Assembly (NCBI GenBank): GCA_023515725.1
Contig: JALDTO010000288.1
Span: forward strand, 1 to 64,000
Direction: 5' to 3'
DNA length: 64,000 nt
Source: Amoeboaphelidium protococcarum X5
Taxonomy: Eukaryota > Fungi > Aphelidiomycota
Shown: positions 13,842 through 27,719 of the stretch, in pieces
Numbering within the stretch: position 1 is the first letter of the stretch
How the letters are laid out: every line of letters starts with the position of its first letter
The notes under the pieces: model-generated
The model's database searches: none
What the model was told of the DNA's origin: nothing
What the model saw: only the letters and a program-made list of their open reading frames with translations
Made by a program: the position numbers and the translations under genes

Positions 13842-13925
13842 TCTCTTAATGTAAATAATATGTTAATAAAAATGTATTCATTATAGATGAGATGTTAAAG
13901 TTAGTTAAACAGAATTGACACCATG

Positions 13926-16004
13926 TCAAATTTTGGTAAAATGCTACTCTGGTACAAGTCCTTGTTGAGCACCGCATTTACATAGCAGATAACGCTTCTT
14001 CCGTACAGTAGTCTCTTATAGGACAGTGCATTCTGTACCAGCATCAACTGAAATTTCATCATCATTCTGAGCCTTGTACGGATAGATGCACTGCACCTGG
14101 TAAGACTAAAACGGCTTGGCAAGAGGATCAATATCAGAGAATGCGAGCAAACTCGACTTCCTAGGCAGCGTTTGGCTAGTAACACTCACTGAGGATTCTT
14201 GATCCTTCTGAAAACTTTGATCACTAAATAGAGCCATCAACTTTTCAATGCTATTAACGTCATCTTTTAAAGGGGCTGAATGAGGACCTCCTACTCCACC
14301 GCTAGCATCTGAGTAAATCTAAATGTCGTTATAGTCAGTATCAAAGTCTATGAGATTCAGTTCATTAGCACTTTTACTTCTATTCAGTCTGTTATCGTTC
14401 CCCTATTAATTTACCGAGAGAAAATTACTGTTCGATTGCTGATTATTCTACTACTAACCTCGCTACTTATCCTACTATGCTTACGACGATAAAATACTAT
14501 CACGATCAATCAGAATGGAGTGATGAGAGAAACTTCGCGGTTTTGGCGAGGGAACTACTTCACCTCCGAATAACCGTTATAGTACAGATATAGAAGATAA
14601 CTACTATTATGCAACCCGTATGCCATTTCTGTACTCTTTTACCACCGCAGACTATCGCTTTTCTATCGGCAGAGTCATTTCAAGACAATTCATGCCTGAA
14701 TGAAGTAAACCATTCTAAACTTCACTCACATCATTGACGATATGTAGAAACGTCAAATCTATCAGATTAAACAGCAAAGGGCACTCTTTAGCAATTGCTT
14801 CATTGTACAATACATAATCTTCCGCAGCTTTCCGTATGCCAGCATCGATAGGCTGTCGTAGAATTTCCAGTTCCTTAAAACGATCATAATCCAGAAGCTT
14901 TTTACTCCGCTTAGTCAATACTATTGTCACACTCTGTATCGATTCGTGCAAGTCTTCTAAATATATTAAAGACTCCAGCTAAACTTTATCTAAAACAGAT
15001 AAGTCGGATTTCAATTTCCTCACCTTTAAAAGGAACTCCACAGACTGGATATCATCATGTATAACAGCAACTTCTTCAAATGCAGCAACCAGATCAATTA
15101 AATGCTTCAACATAAAGTAAATACCTCGCAGCGCCTGTTAAGAACGTATCCTAAATTCTTCAATGAGTTGAGAATATTTCTAGACACGAAACTCAATCTC
15201 CTCTATCAGGATATCCTTATTACTTTCACTCATTGTAAGACCGGCAGCAGACTTGAGGTACTACGTCTTTCTATTTAGATTCTTCTGCATGTAATGCAAT
15301 ACATTTCGCCGCTTACCAACGCTTTGAACCATTTCCTAAGTCTTTTTGGCTCTATTTATATTCTCTGATACTTGCTATAGTTTATTCAATACCTACGATA
15401 AATCACGAACGATACGTTCTTTGTTATTACGAGACATGGTACTGGTATCTTATGAAGATTAATAACATTTCATTAGATCTGATATGAACAGAGGATACTT
15501 TAGAATTCTCTAAACTGGCTTCAATAAAACTGCAGTAACATCAATATCAACTTACAATGCCTGGTTTATAGCCTAAAGTTCCTATTTGAGTCCTTCATCA
15601 GACTGACATTGCTACTAAATAAACCGCATCATCTATGTATAATGCGAGGTAAATCCCGAGTAAACCAATTCCATCTAAGGACACATGTTGTTAAATACAT
15701 CAATCACACCATCAACCATAACATCCAAAGTTGTATTGTAGACGACATCACTCTGCTTGATCACTTGATTCCCGCAAGCACTCAAAAGCTGAAACATTTA
15801 CTGACTAAACTCTACCACGGGCTCAACATACACAGACAACTCAGCTTTAAATTCTGCAGAATGACCAAGATATTATTTACACAATCGTTGCAAAGAATCG
15901 TGATAATCTTGTTCAGTCTTGCACATCTCATCCACAATAAAGATCCTCTTGTCTTAGTCCACAATAATCTCTGCACTCTCAAACGGGTTATCAACATCAC
16001 TCAT
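13926..16004 (-). CDS. RhoGEF with DH-BAR-SH3 architecture (Gef1/DNMBP-like)
   Basis: DH RIFIVDEMCKTEQDYHDSL...LLKPVQRILKYPLFISDL. BAR KRSKKLLDYDRF...YVLYNEAIAKECPLL. SH3 CIYPYKAQNDDEISV...QGLVPEQHF. Confidence 0.8.
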
Positions 16005-16323
16005 CTCCTTCTCAGATTGATTCAGATAGTAACTATAATTTGATACTGGCACTAGAAAGTAGATATGACAGTAATTGGTAAATTAAAGGAGTAATAACGT
16101 AAGAAAGAATACAGGTGAGATGAAGAAAACGCGAGACGAAACGATTGGAACGTGAAGAACAATCGTCTCTCCTCCGTTCCTACGCTGCCTTGAGAATCTC
16201 TTTTCTTGCCGCCTATTGCCTCTTTGGATCCAGTTTCTTTCATTTCTTTATCGTTTTGTGTATTGCTTTGGCTGGCTTCTAATAATTACGACTTTCTGGT
16301 TTGACTTTATAAAAGTACCAAAT

Positions 16324-17268
16324 ATGGATGATTTATTTGATGAGATTCTGAATAGGCCTAAATTGGAGTAGAAGCGACCGACTGGTGGCGGACAGAGTAA
16401 GGATGTACAACTTGCATAGGCTGTAACTAAATTGGAAGACTAATCAAAGAAGATTCCTAGCTATGAATAGCTTTTAAAGCAAGCGGAGTTGAATAAGTAA
16501 AAATAAAATGTGATTAATGCCGAGTCTATCAGGTAAGATCAATCTAATGCTGCCACTGTCGCTAGAAGGTAGAGCGATGGAGTGAATCGATCTAAACCGA
16601 AAACTTTAGATGATCTTAAGTCTGCAGTTAGTTCACTGGGAATGAAAGTTGTGGCGGCTGGTGGTGGTAGCGCTGCTAAATAATCGCAGTCCACGGCAGG
16701 CTAGAGTCGAATATCTGTATCATCCAAGACTAAAGTGGTGAAGAGTAAGATTAAAGGCAATGCGGGCGTTGGCGGTGGCGATTTGATTGCATTAAATTCA
16801 TAGAGGAGAGATTTGCGAACTATCGAGGAGATTTAGAGAGACTTGGAGTAGAAAAAGAGTCCAACACGTAATTCAACTGATGAATAGGGGTCTCGTTATT
16901 AGTCCAGTACGTAGTTAAAGAATGGTCTTAGCAAAAGTCCACCTAAATCACGGACTGGTAAGAGAAAGTCTAGCGACGTATAATCACTGCAAGGAGGCAA
17001 CAAAAACAGTAATGAAATATCTAGTGTCATCTAAGAACTATTCCCCAGTAGAAGAAAGAAGGAGTTTTTGAGTGAGGAATTTGTATTCGATGATGAAGAA
17101 AGCGATGATGATGGTGATGATATGGAGGCATCTGTAGGTGAGATGCTGCGTGAAGAACAGAGATCAAGTAAGATTGCGCGGTTAGAGGACGCGTAAGAAC
17201 TTAAACGTTAGTAATAGGAAGAGCAGCGTCTTAAGAATAAAAAGAAAGGCGGCGACAGATCTTCATGA
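16324..17268 (+). CDS. SPT2: SPT2 chromatin protein
   Basis: LIALNSQRRDLRTIEEIQRDL and C-terminal DDMEASVGEMLREEQRSSKIARLEDAQE, typical of SPT2. Confidence 0.8.
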
Positions 17269-17500
17269 TAAGTGCCTCTGTGTATCTCAATCCCATAAAA
17301 ATATAATCTTTGTACAATCATTTTGTATTCCAGGCTCGACAATGTAATAAAAGTTGTTGACTATTGAGTTTCGGCTGTTTTATCAACGCTATTATTGTTT
17401 CAGCAAGGAACAGCTTCTCCCGTTCGTTCAACGCGGTTCTCCCTCTCAGTCAGTTTCATCTCAATTCAAGTTGCATTTGGTCTCTTGTTCTTCTGGTATT

Positions 17501-19597
17501 ATGGTCAACTTTACTATAAATATGTATCCTGAAGATGATCAGCTATTACTTAAGGTTGTATAGTATGAACTAAATGGTGAAGGTATTGACCGTGTGTAGA
17601 GTGGCGATATGCAGGATGTTCTGATACGATACCTGTCAAGTTTCAGCGATGATCCTAACCACCGTTAATGTTCTTTTAAAGATCTGAAAAAATATTTGCC
17701 GTTTATAAAGGAGAAGGATTTCGAAATGGGAGCACAATAGAGCCTAAATCCAAGATTGAAGTTACTTTTATGGAACATCATTGTGGATAAGTTTGTGCCG
17801 ACTGTCTCGCAAAGATCGAACGCGATCGCTGTCGATAAATTGGACGCGCTGAAACAATGGGCAGCTGAATGTACTGGGGAGAAGACGATCCATTTGACAT
17901 CCTTCTCTTATGACTCTGTGGCGCGCCTGATATCTTTTGTTGACTCTGATGCATTGGATTATTCAGTGTTTAAGTAGTGCTCCATGGGATAGGATGAAAA
18001 TGTGGCTCCGTTGTAGATTGATTCTCATGGCTGGTTGAATATATCAAGTAGAGATGAATCTCGTAGTGTGAAGATGCAGAGACTGGGTCTGATTAATTAA
18101 GCTCTATAGAAACTAGCTATTCCTCTTCAGGTAGTGCTAAATGGAAATGAACTGTTGGAGAATGATGACAAGTTTGTAATTACACTTTTATCGTACCTGT
18201 ACAAGTGTCATGTACATAAGAAGCATAGAAGTATAGATCAGGCTCTGCTCAAGTCCACCATCATGCTGCAGTCTTTAGTTAGAATGAAGATTGCCACTAG
18301 AGAGTACTAAAGTAGGAAGAAATACGCCATGATAATATAAAAGTGGTGGAGGCGGTACTTGTTAAGAAGAGCTTTTATAGATTGTGTGTATGCTGCTGTT
18401 GAGAGAAGGTAATAAGCTCTTAACTACTCTGCAACTTTGATTTAAAAGACTTGGAGAATGTACCAAGTGCGATCCGATTATGACAAGACTTTATATGCAA
18501 CGTTGTTTATGTAAAGGCGGTGGAAATACATCAAGAGGAGGTAGCAAATACTTCACTCTAAACTTCAGATGTTGAAACGTGCCATTGCTAGTAAGATTAT
18601 TGAATATCATTGTGTCAAGTATGTGAATAAGCGGCGTGAATAAATATTAAAAGACATCATTTAATCTTAGAAGTAACATCGTGCTGCTCAAGTCATTCAA
18701 TGGCATGGTAAAAGATATATTTCTCTGGCAAGATTACTACGGGAAAACGCAGCGGCAACCAAAATTTAGTCTGTATGGAGGATGCACAATGAGAGATAGA
18801 GATACCTGGTACTAATTTAGACTATACGGCAACTGCAAGTGAAGATTAGAAGTTTCATGTTGAAGCGTAAAGTGGCGGCTCGACTTATAACTGCTGAGTG
18901 TAGACGCTTTCTCTCAACTAGGCGCTAACTTGCATTGCATTAAAGTGCCACCATTGTGCAGAAATACTGGCGTGGCTACCAAGTTCGCAGCCATTTATCT
19001 CCAGTCTAGTTCGATATATTTCACAGACTGCAAAGATTAGACCCTGGATCAGGTAAGAGTTCTTAAACTCTGGGTGTTAAGGCACAACTGGCTCTATGCA
19101 GAATATCAAAATGTCAGCAACTGACTGGAATGCTTCATGCTTTACAGTATCTTAACAGGGCCGCGTCGATCAGTGGTGAGTGCTGCAAGCAACTTTTATA
19201 GTTTGAACCTAGTGCTGTTGACGTGTTATTGAAAGCAATGATGGAGTGCAATAGGAGTCCTCCGCATGTGCTACTCTTGGACTCTATTGTATCTATACTG
19301 CAAAACGTTAGCTCACGTAGAGATATTAGGCACTCACTATATAGAAGAGTTGATTTATTTAGTAGTCTGTGCCATGTGATTATAACTTACTATAATCAGC
19401 AATTTGCGATCCAAGGTTGCCAGATTTTGGAAGTATACGCTTAATTTCCATACGAAGTGGCTCAAATTCGGTAAAACGAGCACAAACATATCCTGTAATT
19501 GTAGTAAACGTGTAATATGTTGCAAAAGAGAAAGAGATAGCAAGATGAGGAAGTGATTATTAGCATACAGAAAGTACTAAAGGTATTTAAATCATGA
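17501..19597 (+). CDS. ASPM/Asp-like spindle protein (CH-like region, IQ repeats, helical C-terminus)
   Basis: LKLLLWNII...LKQWA...KFVITLLSYL (CH-like). Many IQ motifs (IIQKWWRRY, LIQKTWRMY, KIQSVWRM, IVQKYWRGYQVR). C-terminal MMECNRSPPH as in ASPM. Start uncertain (in-frame ATGs at 17342, 17501, 17522). Confidence 0.7.
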
Positions 19598-19634
19598 ATT
19601 GATAGCGATAAACAAGCATTATAGTGACGGTGGT

Positions 19635-21218
19635 TCAATCCTATGGCGTAATTGTAAAGTTTCTCTTTTACAACTCCAACTTTAGCATAGTAAGTCTGTG
19701 ACATTGCTCAAATTGATTCATAACAACTCCCCTGAGAGACTAATTTTCATTCAATACACCATCACCACAATCTGGATTACATTTGTATAATACACCGGAA
19801 GGCTCATCAATCTTGTATCCTCTCAATTTTTAGTTATGAATCAGTTCCCACAACAGCTGCAGCATCGGATCCAATCCATCTCTGCCAGGTATAAATAAAT
19901 GCTAAAGACTAACCAACTTTACTTTACTACATTGCTCAACGTACAGCACCAGAAGAGACTCTTTCAACCTCTGCTATATGACTCCCATAAGTTGACATAG
20001 AAATAAATCGCACTTGATGCGGAAACTCAATTGCTTGTCAAATAACGCCATCGCCTATTGCACTTTGAATTCATAGCATAACTCCACCAATTCAATTAAA
20101 GCCGGCTCAGCATCCAAGAACATCTTCACAGTCTGATTCTCCAATACATTCAACTTCCACTCCTGTCGTCCACATGTAATTAGTGTCAAGATGACCACAT
20201 AGAGGCCTATGTCTTGGTAAGATACAATAGGAACATACAAAGAGTCCAGATTGACCACGGAGGCTTCATTCGACTTATTTCGATTAACCGAACCACCACT
20301 AGAACTCCTCTTTAAACTGATATCATCATTATTAAGAGCAGCAATAGACATATTGTGGCTCTGCATAAAGGATAATAATTCTTGTAACACCGCAAGTGCC
20401 TTTGTAAACTCTCCCAATCCTAGATGGGATATAGCTTTAACCGCCATGCAATTAACGCGCATCTTTAACACTTTATCATCTCCTACAGCCGATTGGTCAC
20501 CACTGCTGCTATTTACGTTACTATTCATATTAGTATCCTTCTCCAAGAGCTATTCCAAATTCTAAGCATAACTGGAACTCAAATCATAACATCTGCCCTC
20601 CAATGCTAGGAACATTACATACATATAGCACTCTAATACTTTATTCATCGAGGTGCAATACTCCTTAGCTTTAATGAAGCACTTGATCACATCCAACAGC
20701 GATGCTCCATCAGTAAAGTCACTATCGCTGCCACTATCCAGCAGGATATCGCCGCCTAAGTTGAGTTGGGGAGAGTGCAACTTCTAGCCACCACCACCAG
20801 TAACAGTACTTCCATCCTCAATATACCGGAGACAGTTAGATAGCAGATGCTATGCCAAATCAACATATCCCATCCTGATAGACTCTTTGATGAGATTCTG
20901 ACGATACTAAGCCAAATCTTGACGCAACTTCATGGTAGCTTCAATGCGACGACTGTGATGTGTTTACGCATGCTTCAATTACAAAGAATCATCACTGGCA
21001 CCACCATCTGCTTGCTATTACTATTTAGCCAGCGATTAGTATTCAGAATACAACTTTTCATATTCAATGTAATTATCCTCACGCTTCAACTCTTCCAACA
21101 CGATCCTTAAAGCGGTGCACTTGTCACCTGGTAACTCACAAACTTGCGCAATATGTAATAATCTCCGAACTTTTGCAGTTCCTTGATACAACTCTGCGTA
21201 CTATTTAATATCAAACAT
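19635..21218 (-). CDS. CSN1: COP9 signalosome subunit 1 (CSN1/GPS1), divergent
   Basis: FDIKQYAELYQGTAKVRRLLHIA, YRQNLIKESIRMG, KAKEYCTS and DIGLYVVILTLIT match CSN1 motifs. Confidence 0.75.
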
Positions 21219-21917
21219 TATCCAAATATATTAATACTAAAGACCTTAAAAGTATGATGATTGAGTGAATGCTGGTTGGTTAAGTACCGGAAGCTGGTTG
21301 TAAGAACTCACCTTGAAAGAACAACAACGCGTTAAACAGACCGAAAAAAGAGACGCGCGCGTTCAACGCGACTAGGCAGTAACAGTGGAAAAACACATGG
21401 TATAATATAGCACGTTGAGAAAAATAAGAAAAACTTGGTATCATATTGTCTACCATTTAAGATTAAAATGCTTCGTGAAGATTAAACAATATTCAAGTCT
21501 CGATATACAATGCAAAGTTCACATTGCGATGCGATCAGCCATGCGCAATCGTAATGTAACCTTAGAGTGTACTTGATCTCGAGTAAGGGGTTACATTTTA
21601 TCGGTTAGAGTTGCAGTTGCGAGGTTCATCGGCCGTTAATGCCCGCACACACGATTTTCCACTTAATTTGCCCCTCATCGCCATTTCTCTTTCCCTCGAT
21701 TTTTAACAATTACAGCATTTATAAAATAGTCCCCGGAGCACGCGCGTTTTACTGCCGTCATACTTTAAATCATCATAGAAATCTCTACTATTAGAAGTAA
21801 AAAAGAGTGATATACACGTTTTTACTACTATTGCTATTCGCTCGTATAGATACCGACGCTTCTTACTTATAATCTGATATTCTGAAATCGCCTCCTTATT
21901 TGGTCAATAATTTTATA

Positions 21918-23207
21918 ATGGATTCAAGTGATTAAATGCTTTTGGTCTCGCCACCTCTTACTATTGAAGATTCACGTTCGTCTCCTTAGCTGATAGTCAG
22001 TGGTAGCAATGATGGTCGTGGCGCTGCTGATGGTGATAATGCTGATGATGGCTCCTCTCTACGCGGTGATAACGATGATGGGAATATTGATGACGACTCT
22101 CATCTTTAGATTGATTAGAATTTCTGTAAAGATTTCACATGTTGTGGCGAGAAGCTCAAGACAATGCACGATCTGCTGGAGCATTACGAGACGGTACACG
22201 TTGTAGTGCGCGAAGCCGTGGTTAATTAACAAGATCAGCAGGCTTTGAATGGCAAATCGTGCTCTGATATTGTAGCTGCTGGAGCATTGAAAAGCTTGTC
22301 ATAGCAGTCTGCATCCGCGTCTGCAACTAATAGTAATAGTGTCATGACTAGCTCATCTTCTTCATCATCATCATCCGGATCCTCTGAAGAAGAATCTGGT
22401 GATGAGCAGCAGTCTAATCCTTTTGGCACCCCATTGATGCCTCCTCTTACTTCATCTGGCGGTAGATGGAGATACAATTCACATCATCAAGATATGCCAA
22501 ATAACACCAACTCTGCGTATGGAATGACTATCTTCACACCTCAGTCTGTATCGCTAGATAGTGCCATGCCAGCTGGATATGAAGTGCCTAATGGTGTTCA
22601 CGTTTTTGATGAGCCTAATGTGATGACTGTGGCACCTTCGATGCTGAGTGGCCCATCTGATGATGAAAACTTTGATAATACCGCGTCTACTATTCTTAAA
22701 CATCATCTCCCGCAAATGTACTAATAATAGAGTGGCAGTCCTTAATCTGGGATGTAGATGGCGTTGGATCCGACTCAGAGCTATATTGAAGAGGCGTATC
22801 AGTCATACATTGGTCAACTGAAAGTTAAGCACAGCTCAAAACGCGCTGAACGCAAGGCTCTTAGAGGACACGCCGAGACTGTGCCAAAGAAGTTTGATTG
22901 TCTCGTACCTGGTTGTGATAAAGTCTACCGAAATTAGAATGGTCTCAAGTATCACATTATGCATTCACACACTCAGAAGGAGCGATAGCTCGTAGAGATG
23001 CTGCAGAAGGCCATTAAGGAAGATCCTGCTGAGAAGCCGTACGCGTGCCACGTTGAAGGTTGTGACAAGAGATATAGAAACACTAATGGGCTCAAGTATC
23101 ATCTCATCAATGGTCATCCAGACTTGGGCAATTTGCATTACATGATGCCAAGAATAAAGCAAGAGCTGGCATTTTAGTAGTAGCACGAGTAATCGTTCAA
23201 TCCTTGA
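21918..23207 (+). CDS. SFP1: Sfp1-like split zinc-finger transcription factor
   Basis: N-terminal FCKDFTCCGEKLKTMHDLLEHYETVH. C-terminal C2H2 pair KKFDCLVPGCDKVYRNQNGLKYH and KPYACHVEGCDKRYRNTNGLKYH. Confidence 0.85.
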
Positions 23208-23509
23208 ATATTTAGAACATTTGTGATTATATACCAGACAGACTATCGCGATCGTCATCTATCCCATAGAAAAATGATACTAATACTTTAAACATAATAG
23301 AATGATTTATTGCAAATCGGGAGTAATTTCGTAGCGCTAGTTGATTATTCACATCGCCCAAGTTTAAACATGTGTCTTCAGCCTACTCCCTGTTATCGGC
23401 ATAATCATGCGCGTCAACAACCCGCCTATAACATAACGTCAAACTCTTAATCAATTCAAATTATAATTCTAAATTCTTTCATTTCAAAGTAATTAATATT
23501 CATACGTTT

Positions 23510-24202
23510 TCAGAATGAACCGCGACTCAGATTAAGCATTCTGCTCTCAAAACTTCCAGCGAAATCCAACATAGGACCACATTAGACATTGAGAGGCCTG
23601 GAGAAAATGCTATCCCTCAGTGGATCGGTGTTGAAGTGGCTGTATACAGTACGTGTGCCCAACTTGTAATCGCGATTTTAAATAATCAATTCTTATCCAA
23701 CCCAGTCGCCTGTGCTGACATCGACAAAATAACGAGAAGTAATGTCGTCTTTGTCATGACGGAAGAACTTGTGGGAATTCACCAGTTGGCCTTGATAGAA
23801 CATTGTACGCTCAAACTTGTGCGGCTAAATATCAAAAATACCAGTCTGCGTGTACGTGTAGCATTCAACGTCGCTATTAGAATTTCTAATCAACTGGTAT
23901 TTGTACGCAGTTTTCCCAAAGATGAAGGTAGTACTAGTATGCTCAGAACTTTTGTAAGAGATTCTCGCTCTCTTTCCGGCAACATCAATCCATTACTCGA
24001 CGTAAAGAGGCTCTGAATTACTGCCTCTGGTAAAGACAGAAACTGCATGATACTGCTTCGGTAGTTGTAAATAACTACTACTAGACAATGCGGATTCTTA
24101 GGGAAGCTGGACTAACTTAGGCTCAAGTACAAACTGCGACAGCAAGCTTGGTAAAGCATATACAACCGTTGCACAGAGCACAATAGCAGCAAAATAATTC
24201 AT
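23510..24202 (-). CDS. Secreted protein, possibly ependymin-related/LolA-fold (230 aa)
   Basis: Signal peptide MNYFAAIVLCATVVYA. QLPKQYHA...WIDVAGKRARI...YSHFNTDPLRDSIFSRPLNVQC resembles ependymin-related proteins. Confidence 0.5.
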
Positions 24203-24808
24203 GGTCGCAAATTTTTGAATGCTATCAAGTTCGAGGTTGATGTGACTGGAACGATGAAAATGAGATCAGGTCGCTGCATGAAGCAGTGATCCCCCTTAAT
24301 TTGTAAGCAACTACACTTTTTATTACGTGATAGGCACCGCGATTATGCAATGCTTGTCAGAAAGCAGCGAATATTAGTGCTTTACTGTGAGAAACGTCAT
24401 GCTAGACGTTACCAGAGTCCTTTGCAATTTTAAACTTGACGTGCGAACTTTTGGCAGCACGAGGCGAAGTAGCACCATGTGGATGTTGATCAGTAATCTG
24501 ATAAAATTATAATAAGCGGATGGATAGTATTGCGACAATAACTCGCAATATTCTGATGTCGCAATTCAACGCAATCACGGAATAGTTTGGGGAAACGATT
24601 GGTGAAAAATTACGCCATTGACACCATAAAATGAGTTCTATTGCAATCGTAATTTAGATATATGACATATTGTATTAAATCTTAGCGCGGAACAAGTAAG
24701 AGTAAGACTGCAATTACAGGCTGGGAATGAGTAAAAGGTAGTCAACAGAGGCAGGTGGTCCTAGCGGTCAATATCAATAGAAATGCATCTTTTAATCTTT
24801 TAATATAA

Positions 24809-25210
24809 TCAGAACGAATCATCAGAGCTAAACATCTAAATGTACGTGACTGTAGCAGCGTATATACAAACTCCACCAGCTATAGAGAGCCCCATGGCTT
24901 GATTAGATATAATGAAAGCGTGAGCAAGAACGATGGGCAATGCAATTCCACTGACTACAAAGAAACTTGTGGCAAAGTGCCCAAAGTCAGCCTTGCCACC
25001 GCTGCTACCAGAGTCGAGCATAAGATCATCGCCATTACAGCAGCAACATCCCCTTGAAGCGATAAGATTAGGAATAGGAGCTGCCACATAGGCAATCAAT
25101 GAAAAGAACGGCCACCAATTATTTTCCAATGCACAAGCGAGAATTAGTAAAAGCAGTCCTGTGGCAAGAGCGAATGCTAATCCAATTATTGAACCAATTC
25201 CAGCAGACAT
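24809..25210 (-). CDS. VPS55: Vps55/LEPROT family membrane protein
   Basis: LLLLILACALENNWWPFFSLIAYVAAPIPNLI...SGIALPIVLAH; reads through a TAG to TGA at 24809. Confidence 0.9.
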
Positions 25211-25476
25211 TTGATTTTAATTATCGGTTCTAAGGATAATTTGTCCAAATGAAAAAAGATTTTATAGTAGCAATTTATAAAAGCAAATTGTGATTTATGA
25301 TAAAAAAAGATCAGCGCATTGAATGAAGCGATTGATTAATAGAAGTAGTTGTCAAGGCAAAACATCTTCAGAAAGTTGTAGTCAAGCTAGCTCCCGATTG
25401 ATATACAGTAGCTTGAAAGTGCAATAAAAAGCGAATGAAGAGAGAGAGTGATATATCATGAACGTACTAGATAAAA

Positions 25477-27228
25477 TCATTAGTCACTCTGCGATTGTAT
25501 CTATGAGGAGGAAGAAGTGTCTAAGATTTAAAGCATATGACGCGTCTTCTCAATAGTGGTATCCAATTCCAATTTCGCAGACTCCATCACCTTGAGACGT
25601 TCAATGAGACCTTACTTAGAAGACTAAAGAAGCAACTCCAGTTCCTATTCACTTTTTTTCTCCAAGTCGGCATAGTCTGCAGGAAGTTAACTACTGCGTT
25701 AGTTTTATGAGGAATCTTTGATAGGACGCAACTTGATTCTTCCATAGTTTATTGTACCATCAGCCTCGACTACAAACATTGATTCAAACCGAGCGTTTCT
25801 CTAACTATTATTAGAGCCTCCTTATAGTGGCGACGTACCAGGAGACTATAAATTTGAAGCAATATTTGGCATCTATACAGGAGCATTTCGCCTCTGATAA
25901 TCCTCGCCATGATTCTAAGGAACTGGCTAAGCAGGTGCATGGTTATTATTAGGACCATTATTCTAATTGTTGTTACCATCGAATACAGAGCGACGACAAG
26001 TTGGACAACTCTACTGCCGTTCAAGCCATCCACGAAGGCATTTAAAATGGAACATATGACCACATCCAAGTTTCTTGGCTTTAAATGTCTTGTTATTATT
26101 AAATCTACGCCGCCGCATACCATTAGGCAACTACTATAGTCTTTAGTCATTTGGATCCAATACATCCAGCAAAGTAATCTCTTCTCTGCAAATTGTGCAC
26201 ACTATGCCATCTTGATTAGATTCAATATCAGAGGGCTATACATCTACTAGTCTATGGTTCATGTCATGAAGTGCACGTCTAAACTTGATCAAGTCTCCAA
26301 CTTTCGTAGTAAAAGACTTTACAGTAAGATACAAGTCCCTGATTATGTGGATAGGAAGACCATAGTGTACGGTAATGATAGAAAAGAATACAAAATACGC
26401 CACCAACTTCCACAAATCAACAGCCAGTTCAACATAGAAGATGGCCTGACTCTTTTCCTGCCAGACATCATCATCCTCATCGTCATCTTCATCCAATAGA
26501 TGATTATTATTGATTACGTCACCATAAGGCGGCTGTTATCCTTAGACTTGCGGAAACTACTACTACTACTACTATTATAATCTCTAATTATAATAACGCT
26601 AGAGATATTTCCTACCAATGGCATCATAAAGCAGAATTAAAAACTTTCCACTAACAGCACATAGACTAAGGAACATTAGCAGAAATTCAAAACCAAATAA
26701 CATTGAAATATTAGGTCCGGTAGACTGGTAAGAATAGACAGAGTATAGTACAGAGAGTACATCCACTAGATAGAGAAGTGAGAACAAAGACACAGTTCTC
26801 AGTATCAACCTTCCTGGTTTATTGGATGGTGACAACTGACTCAACTAATCCATCATATCCACTCTATCACCAAGTACCCAATGGAGACACTTTACCAATA
26901 GCAAAGATGAGAACCATATAACAAAAGATGCTCCGATCTCATCTCTGAATATGGTCATTGCCAGAGCAGTCTCACTCACTGCAAACCATCCTCGCTCATA
27001 CAAATGTTCACTCTCAATCAATCGCAACTGGCCAAAGAATATCCACATCAGCACTTTACCCAGCCATATGTTGCAAAGTATATAGAAATTCAACAACACA
27101 GTAAGACTGACATTCGACTTTGATAAATGGATAGCGGCAGAGTAGAACTGTTGGTGCTGATTCCATGCATTGAACGTCACTATACCTACTGCAGCCACAG
27201 ACACTGCCGAATACGTAACAAGTTTCAT
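25477..27228 (-). CDS. HRD1: ERAD E3 ubiquitin ligase Hrd1/synoviolin
   Basis: IFFGQLRLIESEHLYERGWFAVSETALAMTIFRD; YGLPIHIIRDLY; RING-H2 CTICREE...KKLGCGHMFHFKCLRGWLERQQSCPTCR. Confidence 0.93.
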
Positions 27229-27501
27229 AATTTCAGTATGGGAAGTATTATTCTCCAAGATCAATTTATGAAATGAAAGTAATATAATGAGAGTTTTAAT
27301 CCAAAATGATTGCAAAGCAGCTGATATAATTTTACAATTGGCGGTCTCAGCTTGTCGCACGGAAGAAAAGAATTTCGCTCAGAAAGTCAGAAAGAGCATT
27401 GCTATAAAAAATGGTGATTGGATTTCCTAGTAAAGAATGTAGAGCTATTAGGCTTGGTAATTAACCTCAATGAGAATTGATAATCAAGATCTGTGTCACT
27501 A

Positions 27502-27552
27502 TTAGTAATTAGCCAACTTTAGTAACTAGCCAACTTTAGTAATTAGCCAACT
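27502..27552. repeat. Tandem repeat, 3 x 17 bp (TTAGTAAYTAGCCAACT)
   Basis: Units 27502-27518, 27519-27535 (one T>C change) and 27536-27552, read directly. Confidence 0.9.
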
Positions 27553-27719
27553 GTAAGAGCCTTATATAACTACATTGTTTACGAGACTAATCAGATTGCG
27601 TACAATAACACAACTCAAATTTCAACAGCTTATGGAACCTCCAAGCAGCAGCCAGTTTGCACTTGCTCTCTGTGTTATAAAGACGATAATAGACTTTAAA
27701 TAAATTTGAGTTAACCACT

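Noticed and set aside
16052-16243. ORF MKETGSKEAIGG... as the RhoGEF N-terminus
   Set aside because: It is in a different frame from the DH domain and ends at a TGA near 16022; ATG16004 was used instead.
24529-24565. 9-bp inverted repeat ATTGCGACA/TGTCGCAAT
   Set aside because: Too short for a transposon TIR, with no target-site duplication or internal ORF.
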